Counted from the stretch's first letter, positions 1 through 7,856 are shown. The stretch is 32,000 bases of DNA from Haloferax volcanii DS2 (GCF_000025685.1 NC_013967.1:1260001-1292000); one strand, 5' to 3'. Numbers and translations are program-made. The notes: a model not told the origin generated them from the sequence alone.

Positions 1-236
1 CAGAGGTCGTCCGCCACGCGCCCGACCTGCTCGTGACCGGCGGCTACGTCGCCGTCTACTCCCCGTTCGTGGAGGGCACGCGCGCGGCCGTCGAAGCCGC
101 CAGAGAGGCGGGGCTCTCGGACGTGGAGACGTTCGAGACGATTCAGCGACAGATGGACTTCAACGACCGCGGGTCGCGCCCCTCGACCGCCGGCGTCGGC
201 CACACCGGCTACCTCGTGTTCGCCCGCAACGAGTGA
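1..236 (+). CDS. trmI: tRNA (adenine-N1)-methyltransferase, TrmI/Gcd14 family, C-terminal fragment (5' end outside window)
   Basis: Frame 3 is open from the window edge to TGA 234-236. The tail ...GGYVAVYSPFVEG...RPSTAGVGHTGYLVFAR fits the conserved C-terminal end of TrmI/Gcd14 m1A methyltransferases (HTG[FY]L..AR) as I recall the family. Confidence 0.65.
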   Translation, partial: EVVRHAPDLLVTGGYVAVYSPFVEGTRAAVEAAREAGLSDVETFETIQRQMDFNDRGSRPSTAGVGHTGYLVFARNE

Positions 237-287
237 GCGAGTCCGACGCCGGCGGGCCAACCGCTCTTTCGGCCCGACTTCGTTCCC

Positions 288-932
288 TCACCCGACGCCG
301 CGAATCACGCGAAACAGCTCTTCTCTGAAGCGTTCGGGTTCGATTGCCTCGCGGAGCGCCGCGGCCGTCTCCCCGTCGCCACCGCGGACCTCGCGGGGGT
401 ACGCGCCGCCGGTCAGGAGGAACTCGCCGTCGACCGGCGTCACCGCGAGGTAGGCGTCCGCGGCGAGTTCGACCCCGGCGAGTTCGACGGTCGCGGCGTA
501 GCGAATCACGTCGGCCTCGGATTCGGTCGCGTCGTCTCCTCGGGTGTCGTCGTCTCGGCCGGCGTCGCGCTGACCGTCGCCACCGCCGCCAACTCGCACC
601 CGGAGCGTCCGCGACTCGACGCGCCGAACGTCCGAGAAGCCGCGGGCTTCGAGGCGCGACCGGAAGCCGGCGCTCGCGCGCTTGCCGACCAGTTTCGTCA
701 GCGACTTCGACGGCGGTGTGTGCGGCCGGATTTCGAGGCGGCTGGCGAACAGAAAGCGCCACGGGCCGTCGGCGGTCGCCGGCACGCGCTCGCGGATGGC
801 GGCGTCCTCGTAGACGACCGTCCGGGCGACGACGCTGACGGGGCCGAGTTCGAACGGGCGGTCCGTCGCGTCGTCGACGCGGACCCAGCCCTCCAGCGGC
901 GGGAGCGTCGGCGGGGCGGGCGCGTCGGCCAT
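288..932 (-). CDS. conserved hypothetical protein (acidic, haloarchaeal type)
   Basis: 214-codon ORF with ATG at 932. It is Asp/Glu-rich with GC3-biased codon use like its neighbours. I recognise no motif. The overlapping ORFs in other frames are Arg/Pro-rich shadows. Confidence 0.55.
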   Translation of the reverse strand: MADAPAPPTLPPLEGWVRVDDATDRPFELGPVSVVARTVVYEDAAIRERVPATADGPWRFLFASRLEIRPHTPPSKSLTKLVGKRASAGFRSRLEARGFSDVRRVESRTLRVRVGGGGDGQRDAGRDDDTRGDDATESEADVIRYAATVELAGVELAADAYLAVTPVDGEFLLTGGAYPREVRGGDGETAAALREAIEPERFREELFRVIRGVG

Positions 933-957
933 GCCCCGCGTTACGGACGGAGGGCTG

Positions 958-963
958 AAAAAA
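958..963 (-). terminator. oligo-T (T6) terminator downstream of tfs
   Basis: A6 on the + strand is T6 on the - strand, 9 nt past the tfs stop (973-975). Archaeal RNAP terminates at oligo-T tracts. Confidence 0.4.
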
Positions 964-972
964 GCGGATCGC

Positions 973-1293
973 TCAGTGGTCGTCTTCGCGCCACTTGTGG
1001 TCGCACTCGACGCAGGTGAAAAAGCGCGTCTCGGACTCGTCGGCCGAGCGAATCTGCTTCATCTCGTAGCGCGCCACGTCGTGGCCGCACTTCGGGCAGA
1101 TGGCCTTCGTCGTCGGGCCGATGTCGGCGTTGTCCACGTCGGACATGTCGACGACCTCGCTGGACTCCTGGCCCTCGGTCGTGACCATCGACTTCTCTTT
1201 TTCGCTGTCTCGGGCTTTCTCGTGGCCGTTCGGACAGACCCAGACGCCGTCTTGCGGCGTCATCAGGGACCCGCAGTCGTCGCAAAACTCCAT
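973..1293 (-). CDS. tfs: transcription factor S (TFS, RNA polymerase M/TFIIS-like cleavage factor)
   Basis: 106 aa. N-terminal zinc ribbon CDDCGSLM...CPNGH. C-terminal zinc ribbon CPKCGH...CVECDHKW carrying the acidic hairpin motif QIRSADE typical of TFS/TFIIS. Confidence 0.9.
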   Translation of the reverse strand: MEFCDDCGSLMTPQDGVWVCPNGHEKARDSEKEKSMVTTEGQESSEVVDMSDVDNADIGPTTKAICPKCGHDVARYEMKQIRSADESETRFFTCVECDHKWREDDH

Positions 1294-1318
1294 GATAGTA
1301 CGTCCTACCGCTTGAGGG

Positions 1319-1325
1319 ACTTAAG
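1319..1325 (-). promoter_or_regulatory. TATA-like box for tfs (leaderless spacing)
   Basis: The - strand reads CTTAAGT, with 25 nt between the box and ATG 1293. Confidence 0.35.
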
Positions 1326-1360
1326 CGTCAGGATTGCGCCGCGCTCGCGGGGTGAGCGCT

Positions 1361-1366
1361 GAAAAA
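1361..1366 (-). terminator. oligo-T (T6) terminator downstream of the 85-aa gene
   Basis: T6 on the - strand, about 21 nt past the stop at 1387-1389. Confidence 0.4.
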
Positions 1367-1386
1367 AGTCGGCGCGGAACGGCGGT

Positions 1387-1644
1387 TCAGGCGTCGCCGT
1401 CGGACTGCCCCGGTTCGCCGAGCGCCTCGATTGGCATCGCGTTGTTCAGTTCGTAGTACAGGTCCTTCGCGTCGGTGAACTCGCTCGTGAGGCAGTTCCG
1501 GACTAACTCACCGAGGTCGGCGTTCCCGTCGGCCATGAGCACCGTCACACCGTCGAGGGAGGTCGCGGCGTCCCGTCGCGACACCGGGTACGAGAGGTCT
1601 TCGAGGAGGGATTCGACGCGGGCGAGCGTGATTGATTCTTGCAC
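1387..1644 (-). CDS. small acidic protein, DUF2795/DUF5789-like
   Basis: 85 aa with a GTG start (cac 1642-1644). The pattern L..LSYPVSRRD....DGVTVLMADGN.DLGELV.....F.DAKDLYYEL resembles the DUF2795-type small proteins common in haloarchaea. This is a family assignment from memory. Confidence 0.55.
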   Translation of the reverse strand: MQESITLARVESLLEDLSYPVSRRDAATSLDGVTVLMADGNADLGELVRNCLTSEFTDAKDLYYELNNAMPIEALGEPGQSDGDA

Positions 1645-1683
1645 GATTGTTCATTATACATAGGGCGTATTAGCAGTTGTAGG

Positions 1684-1701
1684 AGCCGTGCTAGCACGGC
1701 T
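1684..1701. repeat. perfect 18-nt palindrome AGCCGTGCTAGCACGGCT
   Basis: The sequence is self-complementary when read directly. It lies in the 118-nt spacer between the enoyl-CoA hydratase stop (1763) and the start of the 85-aa gene (1644). Confidence 0.8.
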
Positions 1702-1762
1702 ATGCGGGAGAATCGGTGACTCGAATCGCCCGAATAAACCGGAAACAAGAGCTCTCTCGGTT

Positions 1763-2536
1763 CTATTCGAAGTCGGGGTCGCGCTTGTCGAGGAAGGCCT
1801 CCATCCCCTCGCGCTGGTCGTGGGTACCGAACAGGCCGCTCCAGACGCGGGCTTCGAAGTCGAGCGCGGCGTCCCGCGGCGCGTCGTGGGACATGTTGAT
1901 GGCGGCTTTCGCGCCCGCGAGGGCGTGCCGCGGCTTCGACGCGAGGTCGGCGACGAGGTCTTCGACGTGCGAGTCGAGTTGGTCGTGGGCGACGACCTCG
2001 CCGACGATGCCGTACTCGTGGGCGTCGCTGGCGTCGATGCGCTCGCCGAAGAAGATGAGCCGGCGGGCGACCTCGTCGCCGACGAGCGCCGGCAGGCGGA
2101 CGCTCCCGCCCCACCCGGGCATGATGCCGAGGTCGATTTCGGTCTGGCCGAGCAGCGCGCGCTCGGAGGCGACCCGGAGGTCGCACGCCAGCGCGAACTC
2201 CATGCCGCCGCCGAAGGCGTAGCCGTTGATGGCCGCGACGGTCGGCGCGGGGAACCCCTCCAAGCGCGTCGCGATGCGGTGGCCCTGCTCGGCGTAGTTC
2301 TGCGCGGCGGGCGTTCCGATGTCTTTCATGTAGCCGATGTCCGCGCCCGCGATGAACGCCTCGTCGCCCGCGCCGGTGAGGACGACCACCCGAGCGCCGT
2401 CGGCTTCGGCCTCGTCGAGGGCGTCTTCGAGCGCGTCGAGCGTGTCCGCGTTGAGCGCGTTCATCTGCTCGGGGCGGTCGATGGTGATGGTCGCCACGTC
2501 GCCGTCCCAGTCGAGTCGAAGGGTGTCCCAGCTCAT
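1763..2536 (-). CDS. enoyl-CoA hydratase/isomerase (crotonase) family protein
   Basis: Crotonase hallmarks: TIDRPEQMNAL, VVVLTGAGDEAFIAGADI, GYAFGGGMEFALACDLR. I take the start at ATG 2536 (MSWDTLRL...) because a TATA-like box sits 25 nt upstream. The track ORF extends to 2605. Confidence 0.85.
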   Translation of the reverse strand: MSWDTLRLDWDGDVATITIDRPEQMNALNADTLDALEDALDEAEADGARVVVLTGAGDEAFIAGADIGYMKDIGTPAAQNYAEQGHRIATRLEGFPAPTVAAINGYAFGGGMEFALACDLRVASERALLGQTEIDLGIMPGWGGSVRLPALVGDEVARRLIFFGERIDASDAHEYGIVGEVVAHDQLDSHVEDLVADLASKPRHALAGAKAAINMSHDAPRDAALDFEARVWSGLFGTHDQREGMEAFLDKRDPDFE

Positions 2537-2561
2537 ACTCGGGGCGACGCGAGGCACAGGG

Positions 2562-2572
2562 ATAATAATTAA
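2562..2572 (-). promoter_or_regulatory. AT-rich TATA box for the enoyl-CoA hydratase gene
   Basis: The - strand reads TTAATTATTAT, with 25 nt to ATG 2536. Confidence 0.4.
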
Positions 2573-2607
2573 CGTTCGCCGGTCGCGCTGAAGAATCCAG
2601 AACAACG

Positions 2608-2613
2608 TTATAG
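2608..2613 (+). promoter_or_regulatory. TATA-like box for the 166-aa gene
   Basis: TTATAG, with 22 nt to ATG 2636. Confidence 0.4.
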
Positions 2614-2635
2614 CCCCTCCGTCGAATCCACCGAT

Positions 2636-3136
2636 ATGACGCTCTCCGACGAGGCGGAAGAACGCCTCGCCGACATCGTCCGGCTCCAGCCGACGAAGAA
2701 CAAGGAGTTACAGAACCGCTGGGACCTCGAAAGCGGGAGCGAGGTCCACCGCTACCTCGAATCCGAGCTGAAAGACTACTACTACCGCGACGACAACAGC
2801 CTCATCCGCGCGACGGCCGAGGCGGCCGAACTCGTCGGCGTCGAACCCGGCGTCGAGGGCGACGACGAGGCCGAATCCGTGCCGAGCGTCATCCGCGTCC
2901 CCTCGCTCGAAGCTCGCGTCTTCGAGGTCGTCGCCGGCCCCGACGAGCGCTCCGAGAGCGTCGTCAGCGTCCTCAACAAGCTCCGCGACGAGTTCGACAT
3001 CGACCCCGACGTTGACGACGTGCGCCGCGCGCTCCAGAGCCTCCGCCGCAAGGGCGTCATCGAAGTCGTCTACCGGACCGTCCCCACGTTCCGCCTCGCC
3101 GTCGAGCGCGACGAGGTCGACGTGGAAGTCGTCTAA
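2636..3136 (+). CDS. conserved acidic hypothetical protein (possible C-terminal winged-helix)
   Basis: 166 aa and strongly acidic, with leaderless promoter spacing. The C-terminal segment VVSVLNKLRDEF...VRRALQSLRRKGVIEVVYRTVPTFRL reads like a winged-helix. This is inference only. Confidence 0.65.
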   Translation: MTLSDEAEERLADIVRLQPTKNKELQNRWDLESGSEVHRYLESELKDYYYRDDNSLIRATAEAAELVGVEPGVEGDDEAESVPSVIRVPSLEARVFEVVAGPDERSESVVSVLNKLRDEFDIDPDVDDVRRALQSLRRKGVIEVVYRTVPTFRLAVERDEVDVEVV

Positions 3137-3155
3137 CCGCCCGCCTCCGCGGTCG

Positions 3156-3755
3156 TTATTCGCGCCGCTCGAACACCAGCGCGTAGTGGTACGGCGGGAT
3201 ATCGAGTTCCGCCGTCACAGCGAGGTCGGTCGCATCTTCGACCATCGCCGCGGTCTCCTTGGGATCGAGGCGCAGGTCGGTCGGCGGACCCCGCGGTTCG
3301 CCGGCGACGGTCGTCTCCTCTCGGGGGAGCGGCCGCCAGTTGACGACGACGAACCGGCCGCCGTCGGCGAGGACCGACTCGACTTCCGTCAGGAACTCGT
3401 CGCGGTCGTCGACCCCGTGGAACGCGTTCGCGAAGAGCGCCACGTCGACTGGCTCGGAGACGTGCGCCGAAAGCTCGCGGGCGTCGCCGCGGACCGACAC
3501 CACGTTGTCGATGCGTTGCTGGGCGGCGAGGTGGCCGAGTTCCGCGAGGAGGTCGTCGTCGAGGTCGACCGCGTACACCGTGGCCGGCGCGACGATTCGC
3601 GCCGCGGGGAGCGCGAAGTAGCCGTTTCCACAGCCGATTTCGGCGACGGTGTCGCCCGCCGACAGCCCGAGGTCCCGAAGCGTCTCGCCCGGCGTCGGCC
3701 AGAGCTTCCCCCACCAGTCCCAGTCCGGCAGGCTCGTGTTCTGGAATCGTTCCAT
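3156..3755 (-). CDS. class I SAM-dependent methyltransferase (small-molecule/Methyltransf_11-like)
   Basis: Motif I VAEIGCGNGYF, an acidic residue after beta-2 (VYAVDLD) and a post-I/II layout typical of the Rossmann MTase fold. I take the start at ATG 3755 (MERFQNT). An alternative ATG at 3794 would overlap the upstream gene by 14 nt. Confidence 0.8.
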   Translation of the reverse strand: MERFQNTSLPDWDWWGKLWPTPGETLRDLGLSAGDTVAEIGCGNGYFALPAARIVAPATVYAVDLDDDLLAELGHLAAQQRIDNVVSVRGDARELSAHVSEPVDVALFANAFHGVDDRDEFLTEVESVLADGGRFVVVNWRPLPREETTVAGEPRGPPTDLRLDPKETAAMVEDATDLAVTAELDIPPYHYALVFERRE

Positions 3756-3780
3756 ACCGCTCGGTTGGCGGGGCGCGAAG

Positions 3781-4767
3781 TTAGGCGTTCTCACTGCCGG
3801 GCTCGGCGCGGTCTCGTTCGCGCTCGCGCCGCGCCTCCAGAATCCGGCGGACGCCCTTGCCGGGGCCGCCCTCGATGGGCCAGCCGTTCATCCGCCACGC
3901 CGGCGGCTCCGGCTCGAACGACGGACACGAGTGGGCGCACTCGCGCTGGCTCTGATAGCAGTCTTTCGCGGCGCACCGCGGGACGAGCGCCCGGCCGCGT
4001 CGGTCGAGTTCGAACTGTCGGCAGTCCGGTCGCATCGTGTCCACGTAGTTGCGCCAGCCGCGGTCGTAGGCGCGCTCGGCGAGGACGAGTCGCCGCCGGG
4101 CGTCTTCGGAGACGGGCGAGAGCGAGCTCGGGTGCCACAGCACCTCCGCCGAGTCGTCGTCGACGCCGAGGATGCCGACTTCGACCGGCAGGTCCTCCAA
4201 CAGTGCGGGTTCGACCCGCCGGCCCGTCACCTCGGTGGCGACCCAGACCTCGTCGGCGAGCGCCCGCGACACGTCGTGTTCGAGTTGGTCCGCGAGCGCG
4301 CGGGCGGCGCTGGCGTCGAGGTCCGGCTTGTTCTCGATGGCGACGACGCGCTCGACCCAGTCGGGGTACGGGGCGGTCCGCCGGTACTCGACGCGGTTCC
4401 GCGAACCGCGGCGCTTCTCGACCAGTCCGAGCCCCGCGGCGCGGTGGACCGCCGGCACGACGTGTCGCCACGGAAAGTCGGGTTCGGGGATGGCGTCTCT
4501 GTACCACGTCCACTCGGCGGGCGCGTGGCGGACGACGCGCAACAGGTCCGAGTCGAAGCCGTCGGTCGAGAGGGCGCGCCGGGCGGCGAACGCCTCGGGG
4601 TCGACCTCGACGACGACGGTGTCCCAGCGGCGCTGTCGGGTGCCGAGCTGTCGGGCGACGAACGCGGGGCGCGGGCCGTCGGGATGCCACGCGCGCTCGG
4701 CCCAGCGACAGACCCGGAGCTCGAAGGCGAACTCGGGGTCACGGTCGCGGTCGGCGGCGTCGCTCAC
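3781..4767 (-). CDS. uncharacterised conserved protein; motifs suggest a PD-(D/E)xK-like core plus a C-terminal Cys cluster
   Basis: 328 aa with haloarchaeal composition. Candidate motifs are E16 (EFAFELRV), D49/E54 (RWDTVVVEVD) and E145-x-K147 (VVAIENKPD), plus C265-x4-C270-x6-C277-x3-C281. The functional reading is inference. Confidence 0.7.
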   Translation of the reverse strand: MSDAADRDRDPEFAFELRVCRWAERAWHPDGPRPAFVARQLGTRQRRWDTVVVEVDPEAFAARRALSTDGFDSDLLRVVRHAPAEWTWYRDAIPEPDFPWRHVVPAVHRAAGLGLVEKRRGSRNRVEYRRTAPYPDWVERVVAIENKPDLDASAARALADQLEHDVSRALADEVWVATEVTGRRVEPALLEDLPVEVGILGVDDDSAEVLWHPSSLSPVSEDARRRLVLAERAYDRGWRNYVDTMRPDCRQFELDRRGRALVPRCAAKDCYQSQRECAHSCPSFEPEPPAWRMNGWPIEGGPGKGVRRILEARRERERDRAEPGSENA

Positions 4768-4917
4768 GACCGGGAGTTGCGGCGGGAGGCCGAAGGCGTT
4801 TCGGTCGGGTGGCTTCGGCGCGTGGTTCGACGATGACGCAGATGATACCGCGGCTGTCGCCGCCCGCGCCGCCCGCGCCGACGCGCGGCGCTGTCGCTCG
4901 CTGGCGTCGCGTCTCGG

Positions 4918-4940
4918 GCGTCGGCCGGTTCGGCCGACGC
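4918..4940. repeat. GC-rich hairpin (9-bp stem, 5-nt loop) abutting the NUDIX stop codon
   Basis: GCGTCGGCC ggttc GGCCGACGC. The right arm ends at the first base of the stop triplet (4940-4942). Confidence 0.6.
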
Positions 4941-5395
4941 TACTTCAGGTACTTGTGTTCGCCCTCGTTTTTCGCGGCGAGGTCGTCGAGGAACTCGTGG
5001 GCGCGCTCGAATATCTCGCGGGGGCCGTCCTGCGTGATGGTGTTGATGGCCTGCTCGTAGTCGCGCCACTGGAGGTCGCGGTGCTCCGTCGAGAGCTCCG
5101 CGGACGCCTCGAACGACCGCGCGATAAAGAGGTGAACCGTCTTGTGAATCGTCGTCCCGTTCGCCTCGAAGACGTAGCTGTAGTCCTCGCGGAAGCCGTC
5201 GATGAGGCGGAAATCTTGGATTCCCGCCTCCTCTTTGACCTCCCTGATTGCCGTTTGCTGAAGCTCCTCGTCCCCTTCGACCCCGCCCTTCGGGAACTCC
5301 CAGTCCCCGGGACGGCTCTTCAGGAGTAAGTACTCCCTCCGGCCGCGGGTGTCGCGGAAGAGAATGGCTCCAGCGCTGACCGCTTCGACTGCCAT
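4940..5395 (-). CDS. NUDIX hydrolase
   Basis: Complete Nudix box GGVEGDEELQQTAIREVKEEAGI (GX5EX7REUXEEXGU). I take the start at ATG 5395 (MAVEAVSAGAILF) from the TATA spacing. The track ORF extends to 5416. Confidence 0.9.
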   Translation of the reverse strand: MAVEAVSAGAILFRDTRGRREYLLLKSRPGDWEFPKGGVEGDEELQQTAIREVKEEAGIQDFRLIDGFREDYSYVFEANGTTIHKTVHLFIARSFEASAELSTEHRDLQWRDYEQAINTITQDGPREIFERAHEFLDDLAAKNEGEHKYLK

Positions 5396-5417
5396 TACCC
5401 GAAATAAACGTGCCACC

Positions 5418-5423
5418 CTTTAA
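5418..5423 (-). promoter_or_regulatory. TATA-like box for the NUDIX gene
   Basis: The - strand reads TTAAAG, with 22 nt to ATG 5395. Confidence 0.4.
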
Positions 5424-5554
5424 GAGGGTATCGGAGGCTGTAGCGTGTTCGCACGGTCGTTCGTTCGGGATTCGGGCGGCGGAAGCCCGGGGTCCCCGGT
5501 TCGTGTAGATGCGCTTTTACCGTCGGAGCGTGCAACAAGGAGTAGTACCCAGCT

Positions 5555-5884
5555 ATGGCCTTCGTCACGAAACTCACCTTTCAAAGCGGTGATAAGGCGG
5601 TCCTCGACCGAGTGGTCGACGACCTCAAGCAGTTCGTCGAGCGGAAGGGCGCGGAGTGCCGCGGCCCCCACTCCGACCAGCCGAAGCAGGTGAGCGTCCC
5701 GCAGTATCGGACGCTCCAGCCCGGCGACCAGTTCTCGTCGTGGACCTACCCCGTGTACACCCGTCGGCTCGAAATCCACGGCGCGGACCAGATCGCCCGC
5801 GAAGTCGGCCTCAGGGAGTTCCCCGACGGCGTCCACCTCGAAATCGAAGTCGAACAGAAGAAACCGCTCGGTCACCGTCGCTGA
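5555..5884 (+). CDS. ribosomal protein uS10-like paralog (S10 fold, stand-alone)
   Basis: 109 aa. The pattern KL.F.S.D...LD.VV..L......GAE..GP......K.V.VP...........YTRRLEI......I......FPDGVHLEIEV follows the S10/NusE family layout. It is not in a ribosomal operon context. Confidence 0.7.
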   Translation: MAFVTKLTFQSGDKAVLDRVVDDLKQFVERKGAECRGPHSDQPKQVSVPQYRTLQPGDQFSSWTYPVYTRRLEIHGADQIAREVGLREFPDGVHLEIEVEQKKPLGHRR

Positions 5885-5948
5885 CGGCGGCCACGGAGCG
5901 CGAAAGAAGACGCGGGTCTGCGCTTTTTCGTCCCGGTTTTTCGGCCGC

Positions 5949-6212
5949 TCAGACGTCCGGTCCGAGCACCTCGACCACGTCACCGGTACCGACGTGGTTG
6001 CTCGCGTCGAACGACGTGACCTCAAGCCGAACCTTGTCCTCGACGGCCGCGTCCTCGCCGTCTTCGACCCGGATAACCGAGTCACCGATGCGGACGGTGA
6101 GTCCGTCACCGTTGCGCTCGCTGACGTAGGCCGTGATGACCTCGCCGGGTTCGAACGTCGGCGTCGCGGTGCGGAACGTCCAGCCGGCCAAGAGCTTGTC
6201 GAGGCGGCTCAT
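5949..6212 (-). CDS. small beta-rich acidic protein of unknown function (TRAM/OB-like pattern)
   Basis: 87 aa. Its ATG (6210-6212) overlaps the upstream nhaC stop TGA (6209-6211) as ATGA, which implies coupled translation. Confidence 0.6.
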   Translation of the reverse strand: MSRLDKLLAGWTFRTATPTFEPGEVITAYVSERNGDGLTVRIGDSVIRVEDGEDAAVEDKVRLEVTSFDASNHVGTGDVVEVLGPDV

Positions 6213-7759
6213 ACGCGGCTCACCTCCTCACTCGTGCGGTCGGAGACGTACTCGCGGCCGTAGCCGGTCCACGCGGCGAGCAGGAACACCGCCACGAGGA
6301 ACCAGCCGTGGAACACGTAGGGGAAGACCGACGCGGGGTTCACGAGCATCTCGGCCGTGAACCACGGCGTCGCCTCGCCGCCGACGAGACCCTGCATGGC
6401 CCCGTAGCCGGCGAGGAGGCCGCCGCCCCACGGGAAGATGTAGCCGAGCGCCGAGGTGTTGGCGTCGAGGATGTTGGCGCGGCGGTAGCCGTTGATGTTG
6501 AAGCGCTTGCCGAGCGTGGCGATGTACGGCGCGATTGCGATTTCGGCCGCCGTGTTGATGGTGACCGTCGCGTTGACGAGCGCCGTCCCGACGACCATCG
6601 TGGTCTCCGCGCGGCGGACCGTCGTGGCGACGCGGTCGATGACGAGTTCCTGAATCGCGTCGAAGCCCCCGCCGGCGCGCATGATTTCCGCGCCCGCGAC
6701 GAGCAACAGCGTCAGGACGATAAGCGGGAAGAAGCCGGCCGCGCCGGAGTAGACGCTGCCGCCGACGCCGACCTGCCCCGCGGGGACGGTCTCGACGACG
6801 GCACCGAGGAGCGGCAGCGCCTCGACCGCCTGCGTCAGGCCGTTCTGCGGCGCGCTGAACAGGAGCATGCTCCCGGCCGACACGTCCACGAGGTTCGCCG
6901 CGCCGAGCGCGACGTTGAACGCCGCCGCGAGGAGCAGCCCCCACGAGACGGCCTCGATGATGTGCCGCCCGCGGACGGCGAGGGCGATGACCACGGCGAT
7001 ATCGAGCAGGTGGACGAGCCCCCACGGCGACACCGACGCGGAGACCTCGCCGGCCACGTCGACGTGCGGCATGCCGCCCCAGACGCCGGGGATACCGAAG
7101 CCGGCGACGAGGTACGCCGCGATTGCGAGCGCCGCCGCGACGACGGCGTACTTCACGCGGGAGGCGACGACGCCGCCGATGTCGGCGTCCTGCGTGACCG
7201 CGGAGACGATGGTCGTGTCGCTGACGGGCGCGAGGTTGTCCCCGAACACCGCGCCGGAGAGAATCGCGCCGAACAGCAACACGGGGTTCGCGCCGAGGAG
7301 CAGCCCCGCCGGGAAGACGAGGCTCGTGAAGGCGATTGCGGTGCCGTAGCCGGTGCCGATACCGGTCGCCAGGAGCGCCGCGAGCAGGAACGTCACGGCC
7401 GGAAACAGCCCCGGCCCGACGTTCAGGACCGTGGCCGCCCAGACGAGGCCGTCGACGAAGCCGCCGACCTGAATGGTCTCTGCGAACATGCCCGCCCAGA
7501 GCCACGCGACGACCGCCGTCGCGGCGACCCGGCGGGTCATGCCGGCGAAGATGACATCCGCGTAGTCCTTCCAGTCTCCCCGGACGAACAGCAGTCCCGC
7601 GATGAGTCCTGTCAGCATCCCCGCGACGAGGCCGGTCGTATCGCCGATACCGAGGATACCACTCTGGAAAATCGCCCACGCGATGAACAGGGCGATGGGC
7701 AGGGCGCTCACGAGGCGCCCGCCACGGAAACTGAGCTCGATGTCCGGTTCTTCTGGCAT
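6209..7759 (-). CDS. nhaC: Na+/H+ antiporter, NhaC family
   Basis: 516 aa, polytopic and Gly/Ala/Leu-rich. The segment FGDNLAPVSDTTIVSA and the overall architecture fit the NhaC-type antiporter family as I recall it. Confidence 0.8.
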   Translation of the reverse strand: MPEEPDIELSFRGGRLVSALPIALFIAWAIFQSGILGIGDTTGLVAGMLTGLIAGLLFVRGDWKDYADVIFAGMTRRVAATAVVAWLWAGMFAETIQVGGFVDGLVWAATVLNVGPGLFPAVTFLLAALLATGIGTGYGTAIAFTSLVFPAGLLLGANPVLLFGAILSGAVFGDNLAPVSDTTIVSAVTQDADIGGVVASRVKYAVVAAALAIAAYLVAGFGIPGVWGGMPHVDVAGEVSASVSPWGLVHLLDIAVVIALAVRGRHIIEAVSWGLLLAAAFNVALGAANLVDVSAGSMLLFSAPQNGLTQAVEALPLLGAVVETVPAGQVGVGGSVYSGAAGFFPLIVLTLLLVAGAEIMRAGGGFDAIQELVIDRVATTVRRAETTMVVGTALVNATVTINTAAEIAIAPYIATLGKRFNINGYRRANILDANTSALGYIFPWGGGLLAGYGAMQGLVGGEATPWFTAEMLVNPASVFPYVFHGWFLVAVFLLAAWTGYGREYVSDRTSEEVSRV

Positions 7760-7781
7760 CGTTTGTCAGAGCTTGACTGGG

Positions 7782-7791
7782 ATATATAATA
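7782..7791 (-). promoter_or_regulatory. TATA box for nhaC
   Basis: The - strand reads TATTATATAT, with 22 nt to ATG 7759. Confidence 0.45.
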
Positions 7792-7856
7792 GGCACGAAT
7801 TTCCTCCAACTATTTCTTCCAAACTTGCGTTTCTTGCCCACGAAACGTCGGGAGCG

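Noticed and set aside
3012-5060. Many other long ORFs in the track: 682 aa at 3012-5060, 553 aa at 6228-7889, 493 aa at 6308-7789, 498 aa at 7602-9098, 534 aa at 10535-12139, 600 aa at 12054-13856, 565 aa at 15944-17641, 652 aa at 17355-19313 and 516 aa at 17371-18921.
   Set aside because: All overlap genes with strong family signatures in another frame or strand. All encode extremely Arg/Pro/Gly-rich basic polypeptides, the opposite of the acidic halophile proteome. They are typical shadow ORFs of a high-GC genome. Only the 3' ends of two of them coincide with real genes (acylphosphatase 19029-19313, acidic anchored protein 23612-24265).
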